DNA from: Fistulifera solaris
Lineage: Eukaryota
Direction of reading: 5' to 3'
NCBI GenBank assembly: GCA_030295235.1
Contig: AP026126.1
Coordinates: 1,674,001-1,738,000, forward strand
Length of the DNA: 64,000 bases
Below are positions 1-12,669 of the stretch, one piece after another. The notes below the pieces were generated by a model. That model was not told where the DNA came from, did not search any database, and worked only from the letters and a program-made list of their open reading frames with translations. Position 1 is the stretch's first letter. The number at the start of each line of letters is the position of its first letter. A program made the translations under genes and the position numbers.

Positions 1-419
1 AGGCGATCGGAACAAGGATGGATCGACAGAAGTAAGTGCATTTTTGTAGAAGCAATAACTCTAGACTCTAGACGACGAAATTTGCTGTCAAACACGAGTC
101 ACGAGTTCACCACTCTAACAATATCTTGCCAGATACAAGTACATCGTGAAGAAACTACCTGGTACCGGTCGAATTCCTAAACCAACTGCCTTTCAGACAT
201 AAGTCAACAATATCCGAGAAAAAAGCGTGGAACTATACTTTGCTATTTGCTCTTTTTGGCGGGGTTAAAGCCTTTGTGTTTATCAGGAACATTTGATATC
301 TTGTTAATGTTGCTCTCTTGTGATTTTCCCCGAAACAATCACGATCTCAATCAACTTCGTTCAACGAGAGACGGGAATTAATGCTCGATGGTTCATAGTT
401 CATATTCTTTTCAATGTTA

Positions 420-650
420 CCCACGACTGCATTTCAGTCAAGAATCATATTATTATTTGTTCTGAGACAGATTTCTGCCTTATCTCCGTTGCTACTACTG
501 TACGCAGTTTATTTAGGTGTTAGCTGTATTTGCAACACGCGACACTCGATTCTTTCCTTCGAAAATTCTTGCGCAACGTTACCTTCTTAATTCACTATAT
601 ACCCAAACTGTCGGCTGAATTTTACCACGACTGCATTTCAGTCATGAAAT
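420..650 (+). repeat. Paired 20-bp direct repeat CCACGACTGCATTTCAGTCA containing a GACTG-N5-CAGTC hairpin; homologous to the end of the 61.5-kb element
   Basis: Copies at 421-440 and 626-645; reverse-complement copies of the core at about 61528-61544 and 61737-61753. Confidence 0.75.
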
Positions 651-821
651 GAAGACCTGTGACGTGGTCGTCAAGCTGTGCGAAAGCAACAAAGGCGCAA
701 GTTATTCTTTACTTGTAAAACACAACAAAACACTACCGACTTGCATTGATAGCGTCATTAGTCTACAAGGTAGCGGCAGTTTACCATCGCTCCTTCTCTT
801 TCAAGGACAAGCATCAGAAAC

Positions 822-1793
822 ATGCATAGGATAGTATGCGGGTTGCTATTCGCGATAGCGACGACTTTTTCATCGGCTCTGAGCAAGAAATTTCTTGAAC
901 GGCCAACTTACGTCGTCGATCGTCTAGCTCAAAAGAAAACCATGTATTATTTCGGAATAGGATCCAATATGTTGCGATCCAAGTTGGAAAACAGAGGTCT
1001 GAACGGATCAAAGATTGATATCATCGATATGGAGCCAGGATACGTGCCGAACTACCGCCTTGCTTTCAATATGCGCGGGTTTGCCCCTCTGGAACCTGGC
1101 ATGGGATCATTGGAACCCATCAATGGAAGCAGACCTCTACTGGCTTACGATAAGCCAGAATGCCATGGTGCTTTGGTTACATTGACGGCCGAAAATTACG
1201 AAAAAGTCATGGCCAGCGAAGGTGTAAGCTTCAACCAAACGAACCCTGGTTATGAGGAAATCGTGGTTACAGTCATTCCATACGATACTCGAAAGGGCCC
1301 AGTGGAAGCCATCGCGCTACGAGCACGCTCGCACGTGAGATTACGGAAAGATCCTTGTCCTTCAGAACGCTACATGAGCATGCTTCGTGAAGGCGCTAAA
1401 GAATTAGGATTGCTGCCATCCTATCAAGAGTTTTTAAGACAACATCCAACTCAATTCGTTCCCGTGTGGCTTCGAAAAATTGCCATCCACAACTTCATCG
1501 CTACATTCATGATCTCGTCCTTGCTGAAATGGCGAGGACTGTCTCACACACAAAGTCTATTGCTATTCGCGGTATATGTTCCCTCGAACGCACCCAGAGT
1601 AGTGACCAGCTTGAGCCACCTTGCGAGTTCGTTCATACTTCTGCCTGGAGCTATGCTCGGAGCTTTCATTCAGTTCTATTTAAAAGTATTCAACAAGCAA
1701 CCTCCTCCATTTGTAAACAGATTCATCACGTTACTGAACACACCAAGTACAGAGAACCAACCCGTTAAACGCCAAGTCACTACAGCAACATAG
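822..1793 (+). CDS. Gamma-glutamylcyclotransferase-like protein with N-terminal signal and C-terminal hydrophobic segments
   Basis: 323-aa ORF; YYFGIGSNM, YRLAF and PSERY motifs resemble the GGCT/AIG2-like fold. Confidence 0.65.
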   Translation: MHRIVCGLLFAIATTFSSALSKKFLERPTYVVDRLAQKKTMYYFGIGSNMLRSKLENRGLNGSKIDIIDMEPGYVPNYRLAFNMRGFAPLEPGMGSLEPINGSRPLLAYDKPECHGALVTLTAENYEKVMASEGVSFNQTNPGYEEIVVTVIPYDTRKGPVEAIALRARSHVRLRKDPCPSERYMSMLREGAKELGLLPSYQEFLRQHPTQFVPVWLRKIAIHNFIATFMISSLLKWRGLSHTQSLLLFAVYVPSNAPRVVTSLSHLASSFILLPGAMLGAFIQFYLKVFNKQPPPFVNRFITLLNTPSTENQPVKRQVTTAT

Positions 1794-1835
1794 TGGGATC
1801 GCTAACTATAAAATCTCGTTTTTAATGCAAGAATA

Positions 1836-3133
1836 CTACACTTTCAGAGCTTGTTCAATGTCAGCCAGAATGTCATCGATGGACTCGATGCCAACACTCA
1901 AACGGATCATTCCTGGAGTAATTCCAGCTTTGCGCTGTTGTTCTTCGTTCATTTGCGAATGCGTCGTCGTAGCAGGGTTGATCGCCAAGGATTTTGCATC
2001 GCCTACGTTGGCAACATGACTGAATAATTTAAGACTATCAATGAATTTTCTCCCGGCCTCCGATCCACCTTTGATTTCAAAGACAACCAACGAGCCGCCT
2101 TTTCCGTTCAAATACTTGAGATTGCGATCGTACTCATTGTCGCCAGGAAGACCAGGGAATTTGATCCATTCAATATTAGGATGGTCCTTCAAGAAATTGG
2201 CAACTTTGAAGGCATTTTCGCAATGCCGGTCCATACGCAGAGGAAGCGTTTCTAGCCCTTGTAAAAACATCCAGCTGTTGTCAGGGCTGATGCACGCACC
2301 AGATTACGCAAGGGCACCGTGCGCATGCGTAGTATGAATGTCAAAGGTAACAACTGTTCGGGCAAGTCAATCCCCCATCGCAAACCACCATAGCTGGTGT
2401 CTGGTTCCGTAAAGAGAGGATGCCTTCCGCCAGCCCAGTTGAATGGCTTAGTAGTAACAATGCCACCAATGCCAGTTCCCTGTCCTCCGCTCCATTTGGT
2501 GAGCGAATGAACAATAATGGTGGCACCGTATTCAAAAGGAAGGCAGAGATAGGGTGTGGTGAAAGTATCGTCGACGATCAACGGCAAGCCGGTCTCCGAA
2601 GCCAATTGGCCAAGCTCTTCCAAGGGAGAAATCTCTAGCGCAGGATTGCTAACAGTTTCGCAAAAGATAGCGCGTGTCTTGTCATCAATAGCGGCCTTGA
2701 CGGCTTCGAGATCTTGAATGTCAACAAACTTGATCGTGATTCCGAACTTGGGCAAGATATCGTTGAACATTGTATACGTGCCGCCATAGAGGTTCTGAGC
2801 AGAAACGATGTTGTCGCCTTGTTCCGCAAGATTGATGATAGTGTTGTGGATGGCAGCACTTCCAGACGCGAACGCCAAACCCGCCATCTCGTGAGTCCCT
2901 TCGAGTAACGAGAAGCGCTTCTCTAAGATATCCGTCGTTGGGTTGGTCAATCGCGTGTAAATGTTTCCCAGTTCCTGCAACGCGAATAGTTTCGCCGCAT
3001 GGTCGGTACTTTTGAAGGCGTAAGGTGCCGTTCGGTAAAGTGGAACGCCTCGGCTTGTCGTGGCATCGGGCAGATAGCCACCGTGCAAACAAATGGTTTC
3101 AAATCCTTTCACAAGATCGGTATCTTTCGTCAT
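1836..3133 (-). CDS. MET17: O-acetylhomoserine sulfhydrylase (PLP-dependent Cys/Met metabolism enzyme), frameshifted near 2300
   Basis: GNIYTRLTNPT, YGGT, HSLTKW (PLP lysine), ANVGDAKSL, IRLSVGIE; the two ORFs join if one G is restored in CTGG(G)TGCG. Confidence 0.92.
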
Positions 3134-3944
3134 GACGTTTAGTCGAGTGCAGAAGGCTTCTTCAAGAAAAAGGTGATGATAAGGACGTCAATAAGCTAAG
3201 CGCTCAGTTGTACGAAGAACAAACGCTGCAAGGTTACTTTGTAATGAAAGATAAGCAAGATATGCAACTGCAAAGGCTACCTGGTACACGACTGGCCCAC
3301 AAAGAATCATGCGGAACACACAACATCAAAGTTCGAAGATCCTTTCGAAAAGATCGCAAAACAAAAGTCTTGAATTTTCAAAATCCTACGGGACTGGATC
3401 AAGTCACGGAAATATAGGCCACGTGCTATGTAAATCTGAACGTTTGGTTTCAGTACTACCTGGTAGGGCTATGCAGACACAACGGATGTAAACACTTGAA
3501 TTACTCTGTCAACAGTTCAAGTGCAAAATTTGACACGCAAAACCGCATACCATCCCATTAGGATTATGATGGCAGTTGCTGTTCAAACTAGGTCGTGCCT
3601 GCAGGACATTTCGTATTGCTTATATTTTTGACGCCTTTCTTTGCGCATTTTTCTATCCACTAGATCGACGACCTCCACATAGATATCCTCCTAATTCTTA
3701 GCGGTTCGTGAGCGAATAGGATCATTCAGTAGAAAAGACTTTCGAAGATCTGGACCAATGTTTTCAAAGCCGAATATTGCATTTTCAAACATCAAAAACA
3801 CCGCAGCAAAACATGCGACTTTATGGCACGTCAGCCATCCTAGATATTGGAAAGGCCAAGGGCAGACCGAGATTCGGGAAGTAATGAGACAACGATATAT
3901 CAACTCAATGAACAAACATAATTTGGTTGATTGCATGCTATCGC

Positions 3945-5273
3945 TCATCTTCTATTGACGCTTTTCGCTGGAAATTGTGGATACACAACCGTTTGTTCTG
4001 ATGTGATATATTGGAGAAGTTCTGTTGCCAGCTGCGTCATGATCGGCCTGCCTCCACTATTCCATTGCTCGTAAAGTCGAGATTTCGCATTCGCGACCAC
4101 TAACAGGGATTAAGACAAAATTCAGTGAATGAGCTTGAAATAGGCTGCGGCAAAGCACTGTAGCCCATTATTCTGACACTTACAGACTGTGTGCCCGAAA
4201 GGCATGTACAACTTCCTCTTCTGTTCTATCTGTTGTGAGCCATACAATCGCAATAAATCAGACGAACTATGCCAGTCGCCTACCACATCACCCCGAGCGT
4301 GCGAGGTATTAGCCAGAATTGGAGGCAAGGGAACGGCTAGGACGTGCTCTCGGACATCACAGAACACTTTGGTCCATCCCATTTCATCCAGAAGTAAGGC
4401 CATTTCCCTTATGGAAATCGGTTTCGTCATGGTCGGGTACTCCATATCGTTTCGCCGAGCGGTTTGCGCCCGAAACACCTCATGTGGCATATCCGTGGAC
4501 GTGGGTAGTCGGTAATGATTGATCTCTGAGCTATCACATAAGAATCCAGCCGTGGGTGTGGGCACTTGAAAGTCAGTATTGTGAGCATTAATATACGCCA
4601 GTCGGGTGGAAAATTCCCGGAGAGGCTCGACGAAACGACGCTCTGTAGTCATTCTGTCGATTGTGTTGGAAATGCGGAAAAGGTCACGTCCAGTTCCCAT
4701 CATAGTGCGGGCGATGAACTGCTCCAGTAAGCGTGGGATCGGCCAAAATGTATGTTCGCTGACACCTAAATGCGGGGTAGCTATGGTACAAAAGACACTC
4801 GGTCGAATTTTTCCTTCTCGGATTGCCGATATTTCCGATAGAACGTAACGTGCATAGAGACCTCCCAAAGAATTTCCTACAAACGACAACGAAACTTGTC
4901 GCTTGTCATTCTTCTGAATGTCGGCAAGAATTCCATTTACCTCTACTGCTACGCGACCGCCTCCAGCCGCTATTCCGTCCATCGTATTTCCATCATTTGC
5001 CTTCGCGCTGTGTACAACAAAATAGGTGGATTGATCCGTGTCGTGATGAGCTTGTGCGAGTTGATTCAACGTCGTCTCCAAAAATCGCAGTTCCGAAGGA
5101 TTACCCATCCAGCCGTGGACCAGAATGATAACATGCACTGTTTCAACAGATGATGGAACTTTCACAACATTTTGCATATCTTTTTGTTGGTTATTCCAGT
5201 TCAGAGAAAGGGATTTCGCCGTAGTAAATGCACAGGTGAACATGAGAAGAACAGCTGCTACCGAAACATTCAT
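3945..5273 (-). CDS. DUF676-type putative serine esterase/lipase with signal peptide; one intron near 4100-4183
   Basis: ILVHGWMG, FVGNSLGGL nucleophile elbow, TIATPHLG; GT-AG intron leads to a last exon ending at 3945. Confidence 0.8.
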
Positions 5274-5669
5274 GACGGAGAGATTGTTTATTACGTTCTC
5301 ATGCCACCAAGCAAACGAGACGATCATATAAATGACGAACGATTGGGATCGAAAGGCATGAAATGAAACGTTGGAATCTTCTTGATACGTAGAATGATGA
5401 TAGAAATGATCGCAAGGTCAACAAATGAAAACGAAAAAGCCTGGTGATGCATATTTGCGTTCGTTAATACCTGTACAGAGCCGTCTGTCATCCGCACCTT
5501 TGCGTCCGCTCGACGACGACTTTTTACTCGAGACGCGGGTGTGTTTGTCGTGTGCGCTGTTTTGACTTTAATTATGTGAAACGAATTGTGTTGCAAGCAT
5601 TTCAAATCGTCTTCATTTCCTTTGTTCAACCGTTTTCAATCATCATTTCCTATCAGATTTCCTTGCAAG

Positions 5670-6083
5670 ATGACGGATATGTACGACGATCCAAAAGTCT
5701 TCGAGGGAAAGTTAAATGCCTACCAACACGAAGACCGCGGTGTAGAGGTAAAGTGCTTTTCCGTTTTCTGTTTATGCGCGTGACAAATGTAGAAAAACAA
5801 GGCAATTCATGTTTCGTGTAAACTGATCTCAAAAATATTCGTATTTGTTTCACAGAGAGGACGTGCGAAAGACCCAGTGGCTTTTCTACAGTCCGTAGAG
5901 CAACGAGCTCGTGAACGTCAAGTCGCTTACGAAACCGTCAAATTATTGCGTCAGAGGGTCATTCATTGCTACCGCAAGGAAGGAGTGAACCACTATGAGA
6001 AATGTAAAAAGGAGGCTCAGGATTTGTACAATGTCATTTCCCAGAAAGATCTTGGTCAGCTTCAGCCGAATCAGACGAGCTAA
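5670..6083 (+). CDS. NDUFB10: NADH:ubiquinone oxidoreductase subunit B10; intron 5748-5855
   Basis: LLRQRVIHCYRKEGVNHYEKCK motif; in-frame phase-0 GT-AG intron. Confidence 0.88.
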
Positions 6084-6794
6084 TTGGGTTGTTAGAGAGG
6101 GATACAAATCCAACTAATGAAATGAAATTTTTAAAAGCATATAACTACAATCGTCCAAATTTTCTCGTTTTATTACATCTCGCTGCTTCACTGTCAAGGA
6201 CCTCAACCGGATCTTTCAATAGGAAGGAGGAGTTTTACGCTGTAGCACGCGTCTGTGATTTCAAACCACTGGGAATATCCTCTAGTCAATCAGCAAAAGC
6301 TGCTCCTCCAATGATCTAACTTGCCAGGAAGTAGGAGTATTGTCTCAAAAGAGATACGGAGTAGTAAAGTGCTAGAATTCAACGGATTCCAAACGGCAAG
6401 AGAAATTTAACCTACTCAGCATTCATTCTGCTTTGTATTTTTTCATCTGAGAGCGCATGAATCATCTATACCGGTCGCAATCGCAAAGGCATCTTCCTAG
6501 TCCTCGCTTAGACAATAATTTGTGCGAAGACACAATGACCTGTGAAACATCACGAGTCACGAGATGACCGTCACGAGCCAGATGGTTGGGACGCATCACT
6601 ACCGAACGCTATCCCTAGTAAAGTAAATGCAAGTACAATGTTTGTGACTTGTGGCATACCTTTGCAACTGCAACACAGAAAACGGAAGGCAAAAAGCGTC
6701 CTCAAAAATGAGCGGTGTCAACCATTTATTTCCTGCCCTCAGCACTTGCCAGCAACGAATGGTTCAAAGTAATTGAACACAAAGCGATTCAAAC

Positions 6795-8850
6795 ATGGTC
6801 GACAGTCGATTCTATTATGATGACCGTCTTCTCGAAGAATGCAGCAAGTCGGCGCTAGCAGATTTCGTTTTCGAAAGAGAAACGGTCAATCATCGGGCCG
6901 TCCAGTTGGATCGAAGCTGCGTCGCTCTCTACACCCAGCACGCAGCCCATTACACCCTCCAGGATGGTAAAGCACTTCTTCGGAACGGCGAACAAGAATA
7001 CGAGGTTAGCAACTCGATGCGCAACTTTGTTCGCAATGTAGTGTTCGTTCATGAACACAACCAGCAATCGGAATACGGCTTCACAGTAGCGTTGAATCGG
7101 TTTGCTCACTTGGATTTAAATTCAGTGCTCGGGAGTAAAAGGGAAACGGATCTTCATCAGCGTTATCTACGGACTCGGGACGACGGTCGGAGTCAGAACC
7201 AAACCAGCTCTGTGGACACTGCAGATATGGTATTCGAAGAACTGAGCGAGCAAAGAATTCACCAAATAGCGGCAGATATGGCAATCGGTCATGGAGCCTA
7301 CAATAAAATGAATCCGAAGAAGCACAAGAAGGAGAAAAGCTACTACAAAAACTTACCCGACGTGGCTATAGAAATGCCGATGAACAACCAAGATCCCTTT
7401 GAAGCCACTTACGCCAAAAACAGCGATGGAAATGGAGCACTCTATTCATTACGCAGCAATCCAAACGCAGCATATCGGAAGTCTAGTAACTCACAGACGG
7501 TGACGGATGCCAACAGAGATAAGAGCTTTTCGACTTACTTAAATTGGGCTACAGCTGAAAACCCAGGTACGTTTTTCTACATGAGATCTGCTGTTGGTCT
7601 TTCCAATGAGAACGTTTCAAACTCATTGAAATGAGCTTTCACCATTCTTTGTTCTCTCCCAATTTAGATGGCGTACCCATTGTACATGATGCATTTGACC
7701 AGGTAAGCACATAAATTGTTTCCGCCCTACTATGCTGTTTGAACTTCAAGGGCTCTTATAGTGAAACTTTAAAGGGCGCCTGTGGATCTTGTTGGGCGTT
7801 CGCAGCTGCTGGCTCGCTCGAAGCTAGTGCAGCTCGGCATGAAGCCTCTCTAAGTTTCCAGGATTCGACTCACGGCTACCACAACATTTCGGATGACTTG
7901 CAGCAAGAGGCAATCGCTCGTGCGCAGTCGGTGGAAATGAAGGCATTCCAGTCGTTGAATCTTTCGATTCAAGAACTTCTTGATTGTGATACAGCTGCTG
8001 ACCAAGGTTGTACGGGAGGAAACCCGCTGTTGGCGTTCTATTTTATACACCGGTACGGGCTCGCGAGTTGGGAGGACTATCCATACACTGGATCCGAGGA
8101 CACTTGTAAGAAACAAAGAGTCCGCAAGCCAGTTGCATCGGTCAGATCTTGGGGAGTTATTTCTCCAAATCATGAGAAGCATATGGAACTGGCGCTCCGA
8201 TACATCGGGCCTATTGCTGTTGGTATAAATGGAGGCGATCACTCCTTTTTAACGTACAGTGGAGGGATTTTTGACTCACTTAGGTGTAAACAAGGCGCGA
8301 ACCATGCATTATTAATTGTTGGGTATGGAGAAGATGCAGATAATCGTTGGTGGATAGCTAGAAACTCTTGGGGAAAAGGCTGGGGAGAAAACGGATTCGT
8401 ACGTGTCGCGCGCCGAGATGGTTCTAACGGACTTCCCGGTGTTTGTGGCATCGCGAGAAGCCCAAGTGTGGTAAGTCATGAACTGCACATTGCTAATTGG
8501 CTACTTTTAAGGTTTATCTAACATGAGTTGAACAGGCTATTGGTGGCTTTCTTCTTGAGCGAGAAGGCATTTTCAATTCCTTGTCGCATTCAGATTTTTC
8601 AAGAGGATCAGTTGAAACGCTGCAGTTCTCTCCTTTTGAAAGAATGTGCCAGGTGTTCAGAATGTCACTCGAGGGCAAATGTGGAAGTGCTGCTAATTGG
8701 ATCGATTATCATCATGCCTATGTTGTGGGCTTTCTAGGGATACTTCTTGCTCTTTTGTCTATCTGGCCTTTGTCTAGCGATTGGAGAAGGAAACGGAGAC
8801 TTCAGCGACTACGGAAGGATCGACAGGATACTGAGTCGAGTAAAAGATGA
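6795..8850 (+). CDS. Papain-family (C1A) cysteine protease with prodomain and C-terminal TM; four exons
   Basis: DQ|GACGSCWAF, LSIQELLDC, GANHA, ARNSWG give the catalytic residues; FTVALNRFA prodomain motif; introns near 7567-7668, 7703-7774 and 8471-8536. Confidence 0.9.
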
Positions 8851-9229
8851 CTGGATCGCCGACCCAAAATGCGGACGAAACTACTGCTTTGCTGTCTTGA
8901 CATTAGATTGGCGAGGGTGGAGAGGATGGGGATTCAGAACTCTTTGTCACAACAGATAATACAGATCTTTTGTAGCACCACAATGTAATCGCCGACAAGG
9001 CATAGCATCGATTGATCTTTTTTTCGTTAGCCGCTCATCATTGATGAAGTCGTCGTCACTCGTCACCAACAGCTAACTACTTTGTAACCACCAAAACTTG
9101 CCATACTTAGTAGACATCAGCACTTTTTCAGCACCGTCCAAAACGCGAACTCCTTTCTCTTTTGCTATGACTGTGGAGTGTGCGATGTGTGATGACAAAA
9201 TACAAAATACGGAGTTTTCTTTCTCCGAG

Positions 9230-9257
9230 GTGCTACGTGCTACGTGCTACGTGCTAC
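9230..9257. repeat. 7-bp tandem (GTGCTAC) x4 with ACGT cores upstream of the bZIP gene
   Basis: gtgctacgtgctacgtgctacgtgctac. Confidence 0.8.
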
Positions 9258-9732
9258 CTACCCCGTACCAGTCAACAGTACCAAGTACCTGTACAGTACC
9301 TAGCTAGTATGCCCCTTGCACTTGCCCGCATAGTCAACGGCTGTCATACCAAATTATAAGATGGTATACCGTAAAGTACCAGAAATTGTGCTTTGCCGTG
9401 CGTCATGTGACGCGCGGAGTGGTACACGTTTCATGTGTAGGTTTGGCGGAAAACGTACCCTCTAATTATTTAGTACTTTTCGCTCCTTGCTGCTGACCGG
9501 AAACTAGGTATAGTGAGTACAATTTCTGGAAAAGATCGGAAAAATCAAGAAAACTGCGAAAATGCCACATGCCACATGCCATCTCTCCTCCCTCGATCCC
9601 CCCCCTCCTTTTTCGTCGCGCTATCGGTTTCGTTGCTCGTGGCGTCACGGACCTCAACCACTGCAACGAGGCATAACACAAATATTGTTTCTCGTTGCGT
9701 TGAAAGCTTATTCGACACTATCAACAAGTGCA

Positions 9733-10737
9733 ATGGCGGAATCGGTATCGGTATCGGTACCTGATAAGGTAAATGAAATCAATGACTCGGAATCGGAGAC
9801 TCAATCGGACCGCTACCATGGAACTTCCGACGAGGAAGACACCAATCACGCGGGCGACAATGACGAAAAGGCGAAGCTCCCTGATCAAGACAGGTCACAA
9901 ACGCCACAACGTCGTGAGTCCAACAAGAAGAGAACCAGAGATGAGTCCGAGGAAGAAGAGGCTGACGAAGGAATGAAGCGAGACGAACGTCGTGCTGCCA
10001 ATCGACTTTCAGCCTTTCAGTCTCGACAACGACGAAAGTCTATCATTTCCGACTTGCAGGTACGTTGCCTTTTTTTGTCTAACGAAAGTTAACCCATACT
10101 AAGCACTTGGCTTGCTTCAATGTAGAAAACTGTTGCTCAACTGTCCAGAGATGGTGACGATCAACGAAAGAAGAATCGGGAAAGGACGGAAGAATTTGAA
10201 AGACTTTGTAAGGAAAACGAACTCCTCCGTTCTCAACTTCTTGGAGCAGAAGGGGATAGTACGCAAGCTGCTGCTGGGTCCCAGAAGTTGGACTTGGCGT
10301 CGTTAATGCCAGGATTGAACTTTCCAGCGGGAAGCAGCGCGCATACTCAAGATCCTTTACTGTTAAGCAATGCTCTCATTGACTTATGGAATCCTGGTAA
10401 CGCGAGAGCTCATCCATTGGCGGGACAACTTCCAGATCAGCTTCGTCAGCAATATTTAGCGTTGCAGCAGGTCGCAGGTGCCGCTAGCGCACCTGTTAAT
10501 ACTGAGGATCAAATAATCGGGGTGCTTGCACTGCTTTCCCACATTGAGGCTGCACCAAGCTCGAATGCAAATGTGACCCAATTAGGGAGCACTTTTCCTT
10601 CAGTCATTCGAAATCAACCCTATCAGCCACAAGCCCAAGTCGATCCAGCGCAAATACAACATCTGCTCGAATTACTGCGCCAGTCAAATGATAGAAACAT
10701 AGATAAGAATAAGTCCATGCAACGACGCGGAAAATAA
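9733..10737 (+). CDS. bZIP transcription factor; intron 10060-10125
   Basis: Basic region ERRAANRLSAFQSRQRRK followed by a heptad region and a Q-rich C-terminus. Confidence 0.85.
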
Positions 10738-11000
10738 ACTGAACTTGTTTTGATTTCCATATTATTTTACATTGTTTAGAGCGGCTAAACTTGGGCGAAA
10801 GTATAAAACGCCGATGGATTGTAAATAGTGTACCCGTCTTATCGGTATCCCTCAGTCGCCTCGAAATTGGTGCGGAGCGAAAGTGCTTTTCACTGCAAGT
10901 ACATTATTTCAATTGTTTCATTTATTTCGTGTTTGTCTTGCATCGTTGAGCTTTTCTTTACCAGGTATCGTATCCTTTTATTTGATGCTCAGTCGTCGAT

Positions 11001-11261
11001 ATGAGCGAATTGGTGACGCCTGAAATATTGACGTCGACGGACGTAAAGGTTCATCGAGAAGATGAAATGCACAAGTTACGAATTGAATGCTCGGTGATGG
11101 TCAAGTACTTAAAGCACTTGGAAAAGAAAGAGGCTGGGTTAGTTTTGCAAAACGAAATTTTGGCCCGTGAAGCAGTCGTAAACGGCTTTGATATATCAGC
11201 TTTAGAACCAGCTGCACCGAAACGACGGAAAGCCGTTCCAAAGAAACATGAGCACGAATAA
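11001..11261 (+). CDS. Small hypothetical coiled-coil protein with basic NLS-like tail
   Basis: 86-aa ATG ORF with plausible composition; PKRRK. Confidence 0.6.
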   Translation: MSELVTPEILTSTDVKVHREDEMHKLRIECSVMVKYLKHLEKKEAGLVLQNEILAREAVVNGFDISALEPAAPKRRKAVPKKHEHE

Positions 11262-11429
11262 GCAATGTCTACAAGAGCCACATTTGAAAGACTACGTGGA
11301 AAGGGCGATACCTGGTATGCCCCTCATATGGCATTAGACCGGACGGAATTGCAGATTATTCACTATCTTCTTTCGAAATTGGCATCAAACAACCGCTCAA
11401 GAAAAACAATTACTTGATTTAGACATTTT

Positions 11430-12080
11430 CTAAAAGGGCCCGACCATAAGGTCAGCTCCATTACTAATGAATGGTATTTGATCTGGTCTCTTTCCGCGCA
11501 AATTGCTGTAGATACTGTATACTACCAGCGACATGTAACCGATCCACACGAAATTCATGGACGATGCCACCAATGCTCGCGGAAGCGGTTCTCCGGCAAA
11601 CGAACTACCAATGAGCTCGGGAAAAATGAGAGCTAAATCAATGAGAGCAGCTTGTTGAGCATTGAAGCGGACGTTGCGATTCATGTCAGTGTTGAAGCGA
11701 GTTCCCAAGGTGAAAGCCGTAAACAGAATGAGACTCAGAAAGGGAAGTTGTCGATTTATTGTGACGAATGGACCCAGGAAAAAGTCATCAATGGCACCCA
11801 ATGGTGGGATGCTATTGTAAATGAATCGTCCAAAATGATCTCCATCGATCAAGGGAAGCATGTAGGGGATGCATGATTTTACGCGGTCGATACCTTGTAT
11901 TTCATCGTCGCTACTCCACATGGAAAGACGGGGCGAGGAGGGTCTGCATCTTAAACTCGGGTAAGATTTTGTATGAATACGACCTAATGAATGTGTTGAA
12001 ATTGAGAACCCCGATGCGGTGCGAAGGAACGCAAGTAAAACAATGCTGGCAAGAAGAATGTTCGGTTGAAATCGACGCAT
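11430..12080 (-). CDS. TIC20: Tic20-family plastid inner-envelope import channel with bipartite presequence
   Basis: SCIPYMLPLIDG, RNVRFNAQQAALIDL, GKRPDQIPFIS; signal peptide ending ASG-F. Confidence 0.85.
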   Translation of the reverse strand: MRRFQPNILLASIVLLAFLRTASGFSISTHSLGRIHTKSYPSLRCRPSSPRLSMWSSDDEIQGIDRVKSCIPYMLPLIDGDHFGRFIYNSIPPLGAIDDFFLGPFVTINRQLPFLSLILFTAFTLGTRFNTDMNRNVRFNAQQAALIDLALIFPELIGSSFAGEPLPRALVASSMNFVWIGYMSLVVYSIYSNLRGKRPDQIPFISNGADLMVGPF

Positions 12081-12669
12081 TTTTTCTGTGTACAATATCA
12101 AATTCCGGTTGTATAATTGTACTAGATAAATGTTTCTTCCTAACTCCCAAAAAGGGGCAGTCAATGTGGACAAGATGAATGATAGAAAGTAGGTTTGCAA
12201 ATAAAATAAAGTTCGCTTGTTTTGTTGCATGACTGTTTTACAGGTGTAAAAAAAGAAGAAAAATAATGCGAAACGCGTCGATCTTCAACATGCCTCTGTT
12301 CTGAACCTTATCCCTCGTGTTTTTCGATCCATGAATCATCCATCGCCGATCGCTGGTAGTAGACGGTTGTTTCTGGGGAAACGTACCGGTACTTGCAACA
12401 TTTCAAGTGACAGTGATTTGACGCAGGGGTGCATGCAATCCGAACCGTAACACTGGGAGTTATTTCAATCCGCTAATTTTACCTGCTGGTAAGCGGTAAC
12501 AGGACAATGTCCCGGACATTCGCCAAACGGTCAGATCAGCTCAGCGACATTCGTCTTCCGTAACAAATTGGCATTGGAACAAATAGACAAAAGCGAAGTG
12601 TTTTATCAATTCTCTTACGCGTTAACTGTCTTGAGGACTCCTCCGAAAAGAATTGTTAAAAGACCTACG

